From contig OZ059894.1 of NCBI GenBank assembly GCA_964057225.1, positions 14,446,001-14,510,000 on the forward strand: a DNA stretch of 64,000 nt, in the 5' to 3' direction. This stretch comes from Auanema rhodensis (taxonomy: Eukaryota; Animalia; Nematoda). Made by a program: the position numbers and the translations under genes. The notes beneath the pieces are model-generated. The model was not told where the DNA came from and searched no databases. It saw only the letters and a program-made list of their open reading frames with translations. Below are positions 57,304 to 64,000 of the stretch, piece by piece. Within the stretch, counting starts at the first letter, position 1, and each line of letters opens with the position of its first letter.

Positions 57304-59780
57304 TTATTGAAGAAGCCAATACGTATGCATAACTCCTTTTCCCTAAAAAAAGTTATATTTTTCTTCAAAAACATCCAAAATAATCTATAGAGATAGTCAT
57401 TGTTACCTTAACTTCAATCTCTCCACGGCTAATTGTTTGGAATTGTGGATATGTTTGCTTCAATAGTTGTTGAGCATTGGGTGATAAATGAATTTTTGAG
57501 GCTAAAATAATATAAAATCTTTAAAACATACTGATTGTCATTATCTAACCTTCTCCAGTACTTTCCATTCGACTAGCTGTATTCACAGTATCTCCAAATA
57601 AACAGAATCTTGGCATGATCAAGCCTACAACACCAGCAACAACAGGCCCTATAGAAGTAAACAAATATTTTAATTTGCAAATATATATATAAATCAATAA
57701 TACCTGTATGTATACCTACACGTAATTCTAAAAATTTAGAGCTATCATGTGGCAATCTGATATTAGATGTTGCTTGAACAAGTCTCAAAGCAGATTCACA
57801 AATGTTTTTAATATGCTCAGTTCCATTACGTTCTGGAACTCCAGATACAAGCATATAACAATCTCCAATAGTTTCAACCTTATTATAGTAATTATTTAAT
57901 TATAATATATAATTAGATTACCTTATAGACATCAAAACCATTTACAACTGAATCCATTTTTGTATATAAATCATTTAATAAAGATACAACCTAAAACAAA
58001 TCTTCTTTTTCATCATAATTTCATAAGATGATTCAACCTGCCATGGTGAACATGAAGATGAAATAGTTGTAAATGATACAATATCTGAGAATAAGATTGA
58101 AACTGATTCATATGCTTCTGGAACAACTCCTTTTCCCGATTTTAAGCATTCAGCAACACTTCTAAATGAAACATAAATATTTTTTTGAAAACAAAATATA
58201 TTAAACTTAGGTAACATTCGATACAATAGCTTATCACTATTATTTTTTTCTTTTAATAATTCATCTGTTCTTCGTTTAAGTTGTTTTTCAAGTTGTTTAC
58301 ATTCATGTCGAACATCTTCAACTATATGATCTATTAAACTTCCATTTCTATAAGAAATTATTCATATAATTTCAAAAAAGTATAATCTACCTTCCAGGAC
58401 ATAATGATTCACAAACGTCTTTCAATTCTTTAATTGTTGGTCTCGCTCTTGGGACAAAACTCCAACCTTTTTTTATTAATGGAATCTAAAATGAGCATGT
58501 ATATAACTATAAATATAATATTTAATTATACTAACTATTCGTTGATCCATCATTGTTGATGCTTTTTCATCAATTTCTGGTCGTCTACTTCTACCAGTTT
58601 TCACATCCTCAAGAATATCTACCAATAAAATATTTAAAAAATGAAATAGGAGAATCAAATAAAAACCTTGAGGACTCAATTCATTTGTAGAAATATTCCA
58701 GCAATCCGTCACATTGATGATTTCCGAACATATTATAGATAAACTATACATATCTGCTTCAGGACTTCCAGTACATTCTCCATTCAATATCTCAGGTGAT
58801 AGATATAGCTTTTGATATTCATCAGGAGGTGATGATATTCCCAGATTATATAATCCATATTGTGATATTTGAATTCTCCAACGATCACTAACAAGACAAC
58901 ATTTAGAGTTCAATCTTCCATGAAATTTCAATGTTGAATTATGAAGATAATTTAATCCCTATAATAACTATATATTAACTATACGTATAGTTATAAACTT
59001 ACATTAACTGTATCATGAATAAAAGACATTTTAATGAATTCATCAAATTTTAAATTATTTTGATTTATAACATCATGTATACTTCCACGACAACAATATT
59101 TCCAAATTGACATAATTGTTGATGGATCTTGAACTGTAAGACCCATGAAACAATTTAAATTTGGAAATTTTAATTTAACCATCTAAATTATTTTGTTTTA
59201 TTATATATTTATAATAATTAATATTACTGTATGAAGTAGAACAGAAGAAGAAATATCATCACGAGGTCTACGTGGATGTTTTAAACCAACGACAGCTATC
59301 TTTAAATATAAAATATAATAATAATAATAATAAATAAATTTACATTACGGTACATATAATATCCAAATCGTCCAGATTCTTTTTTACTTTCAATTGGTAT
59401 ACGAAAAGGTGTTTCTTTTAAAAACTATAAAAACGTTAACTATATGAAATAATAATTGAAAATAAAAAATATCTTTCATACAAAAGGAGATATAGGCTCA
59501 ATTTTTTGTAATGATAATAAAGGAATTGTCCAACAAACAACATGTTCAACATCATGATTTTGACGTCCTTTTAATAATCTTAAATAATAATAATATATAT
59601 AATATAGTTTTATATAATTATATTTAACTTTAAAAGATAAAATATAATTACTGCTACAAGTATAAGACCTATAAGTAGGAATACTTCAACAAGTACTAAT
59701 GTTTCCCAAGCATATTCAAAGATCTAAAAAAGAAAATATTAATAAACAAATGTATATTATGTTATAATTACGTGAAACAT
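57304..59780 (-). CDS. Receptor-type guanylyl cyclase (TM + kinase-homology + cyclase) without an extracellular domain
   Basis: [35 protein letters not shown]; [15 protein letters not shown]; [45 protein letters not shown]. Confidence 0.88.
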
Positions 59781-60227
59781 GGATCAATTTTACTTGAAAC
59801 TTGTTATAAATGACGCTACGTCAACCAAATTTCTTTTTCACGTCTTCACGTGAAGCATTAATGACATGTTTAATAAAACTTAGATGATATTCTCAACATT
59901 ATAAGTTTGAAATTAAACTTAAATTTTCAAATAAAATTATAAAAATTTTATTTTTTTCTTAGTTTTTCTTATTAGATTAGTCATGCAATATATTATATAA
60001 TTCCGTATATGAATGATATTATTATTCATATTTGAAATGATTTTTACCTGATTATTCAAATTTCACGTCAAGTTCTATGTAGTGATCATGCTATAACTTA
60101 CAATTTCACGTGGAAATTTGAATTCATTTTGAAATTAAAATACTTTTTATGCTCGTAAGAAATGTTTTTTGATTAAATTTATTAATATATTTATTTATTT
60201 ATTTATTTATAATATTATATCATATAA

Positions 60228-62815
60228 TTAACATGTAATAAATGAACTAAGAGGCTTTGTTTGTCGAACCGTTTTACTGCGAGCATCATATTGATAAACT
60301 GTATTGCTAGTGAAAGCTGTGATAACAGACCCAGAAGCTGAAGAAAAAAAATTTTTTGCTTAACAAATGAAAAATGAAAATTCTTACGAGATTCTATTCC
60401 TTTAACGCCATGTGGTAAATTAGGGAAATAACTTGAAACTCTGTTAGAAAGTGTTTGCTGATTCCAGAATTCATCATAAACAGCAAAATCATCACCGTCC
60501 TTTAATAAATTATTTTTAATTTCTTTCATAAATCATATTCTAACTGAGAGTAAAATTTGGTGACCATTAATCCATCGTAATGCTCCAACAGGCTCAAACT
60601 TGATTTCAGAGGTTAATCGCTTTGGATATCCAGAGTCAAGTTGATATATTCCACGGATTCTTGAGAAATAGTATCCATAAACCTGAATCATTTATATAAA
60701 CAAAGAAAAATTAACATTACTAACTTGTCCATTTCCAAATATGAGCATTGTACCAGCAACAGGATTAAATACAGCAGCTCGAACACGTGAAGGGGCAGAT
60801 GGAAACATGTCACGAATAGCAAGCTTCTAAACAATATTTGAGATTAAGAATCATCTAATCAGAATCCGATTTTACTTTATGAACTTTTGTTCCACTTATT
60901 TGATATACATCTGAACCCGAAAATAGATATGAGAAATCATCACCTAAATATATCATATAGTTAGATAAACAATTAGCTATTGAGACTCACTTGGAGTATA
61001 AGCATCAACACTTCGAGGACAACTACCCGAACTTCCTCCAAATGATCCAGATGATCCACCAAAATCATCATTATCACCAAATATTGATCTACGTGTCGTT
61101 GTTGTAGGTCTCATCGTTGTAAAACGAGTTGTTGTTGTCGTTGGAGCACGAGTAGTATCTGAGTCATACAAATGTCTTCAATAAAGAACATGAATAATAG
61201 AACAAACCTCGTCCTAAGAAACGATCCAACCAGCTGGACTTTGATGTTGTGGTAGCTGGACGTTGAGTTGTGGTGAATGATCCTCCAGAACTTCCACCAC
61301 CTCGTTTTGGAGTCGTTCTAGGCCCTTAAAGCGGAAATGTCATCAAATCATTATGCATAACCACATCAATTCTACCATAGATATCTTGAATGCTTTGAAC
61401 ATCATCAGGTTGTAATTTTGGACGAATGTATCTTCCACTAGAATCCACAGTTTTTTGATAAAATGGAGCCATAATAGCACTTTCAATACGAGAATGATCT
61501 AATCCTAATGTGTGTCCTCCTTCATGAATAGCAACAGCAAGGAAATCAGTTGCCTGATCACTAAATAATATATAAATTAGATAATATAATTATATAATTA
61601 TATAATATAAATTATATTTAAATTTAAATTCATATACTAACTTTCCAATACGCTTAGTATCTTCATAAGCCCAATTCTCATCATCATCAAAATGCAAAGC
61701 ACCATTTTCAGGCATTGTAGCATGAGCTAATACACCTCCTATAAGTCAAGTTTTAAACCTTTCTTGCTTGAACTATACTCTGTCCAAACCTTTTCCATCG
61801 AAAGGCCATGGATCATTATGATTATTCGTTCCAAAACGAATCTTAATATCTGCAGATCCACCAGCAGCAACTTCAGAAAATTCTAATGGAGTAACTTCTG
61901 ACCATAGATCATAAGCTTCTCGTATGGCACGTCTAAAAGTTATTCAAACACGGATGTATTTGAAATTTCAAATTAACTACCTAACGTCATCTTTTGGCAA
62001 ATCAGGTGAGAAGTTTTCAATAGAATATGTTAAAGAGGTTTTCCTCCATTTGAAAGCAGCTCCTGAATATTGCAGTTCAGGAAGATATTTTGAACTTTTG
62101 CATTGTTCTACCTCCACTGGTCACAGCAGCTACATCAATGACTCCACAACGTGGCTCAGCCATTTTTGTTTTAGTGTCTTCATCAAGTTCTCCAGTATTT
62201 TTCAGTCCAGCAAACTCTTGGAATTTTCTGGAAACAAGCTTAATACATGATTTGCTCTTCTTGCAACACCCAAAAGATCAATCATAATTAATATTCTTAC
62301 GAGACAGCCTTCTTCAGCCAACTAGTGGATGAACCAAAATCAGCAGTCATGCCATTTGGGGATGAACCCAGACTATTACTAGGACCTATATATCCGAAAT
62401 CTTGTAAATATTTCTAAAAATTAAATAAAATAATTTTTTAAACATCGTTTTTATTTTATTTTCTTTGTTAAATTCTTTGTTAAAACATGAAAACTTCCTT
62501 TTTAGATTTTTGTCGTGTTTTAAACTTTTCTTACAAATGAATCTTCTCTTGATAAAGACTAATATAAAGAAAAAAAAAGAAAAAAAAGTTGAAATGATCA
62601 GTCATTACGATTGATGAGCCGATTTCTCAAAAAATATTTTAGTTTCTTAAAGTATAACTTACTTTAGCTTTATCATCTGATACTGGCCGAAATTTTGATT
62701 TTATTTTATGAGCTGTAGATGATGCTCCATCAGCTATTTTACTAATAAAATCAAAAAATCCAGCTTCAACTGTGATTATAAAAATTCCAAATAATATCAA
62801 ATATTTAATTCTCAT
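60228..62815 (-). CDS. Matrix metalloproteinase (zmp family) with hemopexin-like C-terminus
   Basis: Signal peptide; cysteine switch PRCGVID; HFDDDENW; HEGGHTLGLDHS zinc motif; AIMAPFY Met-turn; Thr-rich hinge. Confidence 0.93.
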
Positions 62816-64000
62816 AATTATCTGAAAGATTATTATCAGTATTTTTCATAAAATATATTTAAATTTTTGAATAACAAAAATAAAAATTCGTTGAAAATGT
62901 TTCAAAAGATGTAATGAAATAACATTTTTCATAAAGGAATATATAACTTTATGAATTATTTCTTTCAAGATTTTTAGAAGATAATTTAAACCGGTTTAGT
63001 ATATAAGCATTAAATATATATATATATAAATATCTTTATTTATATATAAAATTTAAAATAAAAATAAAAATAAATAATAATATTTAAAGAAAACAGCCTG
63101 CCAGATAGATTGTAGAATGAATGTTCTCTTAATAATTTTATTGAATCAAGAAAAATTTTGACAACAAAAAAAGAACAATGGCTTTGAAATCGATTGACCT
63201 ATCTGTTACAACAACGTTCCAATCGGTAAAAGGTGGAGAAAAAGACATTGCCTTTTGAATTTAATGGCTTTTCATACACATATTACTGTATATTTTCTCT
63301 AATTTCTCTTTTATTTTCATAATGTATTTGAAGAATATTTGGCCAATCCACACAGGAAGTTGTCTCATCAGCTAGACCATGTGAGAGAAAGAGAATTGAA
63401 AGAGTAAAAGTGTGAGAAGAAGAATGATAGAACCTTGAAGATCATCAACATATCTAGTAGTATTAGTCATTAAAATATATAAATTATTCTAAAAATAGTT
63501 AAAATCGTGTAAAAACTTTATATACTATATGCATGTTAATATAAAAGTTTTTATAAAATTGTACTTGTATTTCATTTAATAAAGAAAATTTTATTATAAT
63601 AAACATTTATTATATAACATTTACAGCAGTTTTTTACTTGATGTGTAAGGAAGAGATCACACTATTAACCAAAATAATGCCCGCATATAGTTTAAAAAAA
63701 AACTGTATTTATGTATATATATATAGTATATATAGTATATACTATATATATATATAATTATAAATTATAAGAAAAGAATTGATGAATAGATGAAAACATA
63801 TTTCAATTTGAGATTGATATACATGTAATATAGTATCAGATATATTAAGTATGTAATAATACTCGTAATTATCACTGGTAATCCAAAAAAAAACTTCGAG
63901 AATGAAGTTGGATGGACAAAAAAAAAAACATTTTTTTCTAAAAGAAAATGATAAATTTAGTTTATAAAAGGTACTCGTATTGATATGTTGTACAAAATTA

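Overview
Eukaryotic, AT-rich nematode (rhabditid/Caenorhabditis-like) genomic DNA with very short GT-AG introns and TTTCAG acceptors, so the ORF track captures only exon fragments; I spliced the genes by hand. Plus strand (1-45.7 kb): Rv2258c-like SAM methyltransferase (partial), saposin-like protein, SERTA-domain gene with large flanking non-coding regions, saccharopine dehydrogenase-like oxidoreductase, a multi-pass membrane protein, then an operon-like run (ZNF277/ztf-7, mitochondrial IF2, a LisH protein resembling NPAT/Mxc, GTPBP6, CZIB, spastin) and a CROT-like carnitine acyltransferase. Minus strand (47-63 kb, visibly more AT-rich): a 56-aa neuropeptide-like precursor, SCPEP1-like carboxypeptidase, a two-Kunitz protein, a receptor guanylyl cyclase lacking an extracellular domain, and an MMP. 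Main finding: a 2,572-bp mini Maverick/Polinton-like element (15363-17934; AGTAGT...ACTACT termini, 13-bp terminal inverted repeat, 6-bp GGTTTT target-site duplication) carrying only a decayed, intron-containing trypsin-like (wosp-like) protease gene. Its left arm is a 476-bp inverted copy of the DNA upstream of the neighbouring gene. Second: a candidate nematode NPAT/Mxc orthologue.
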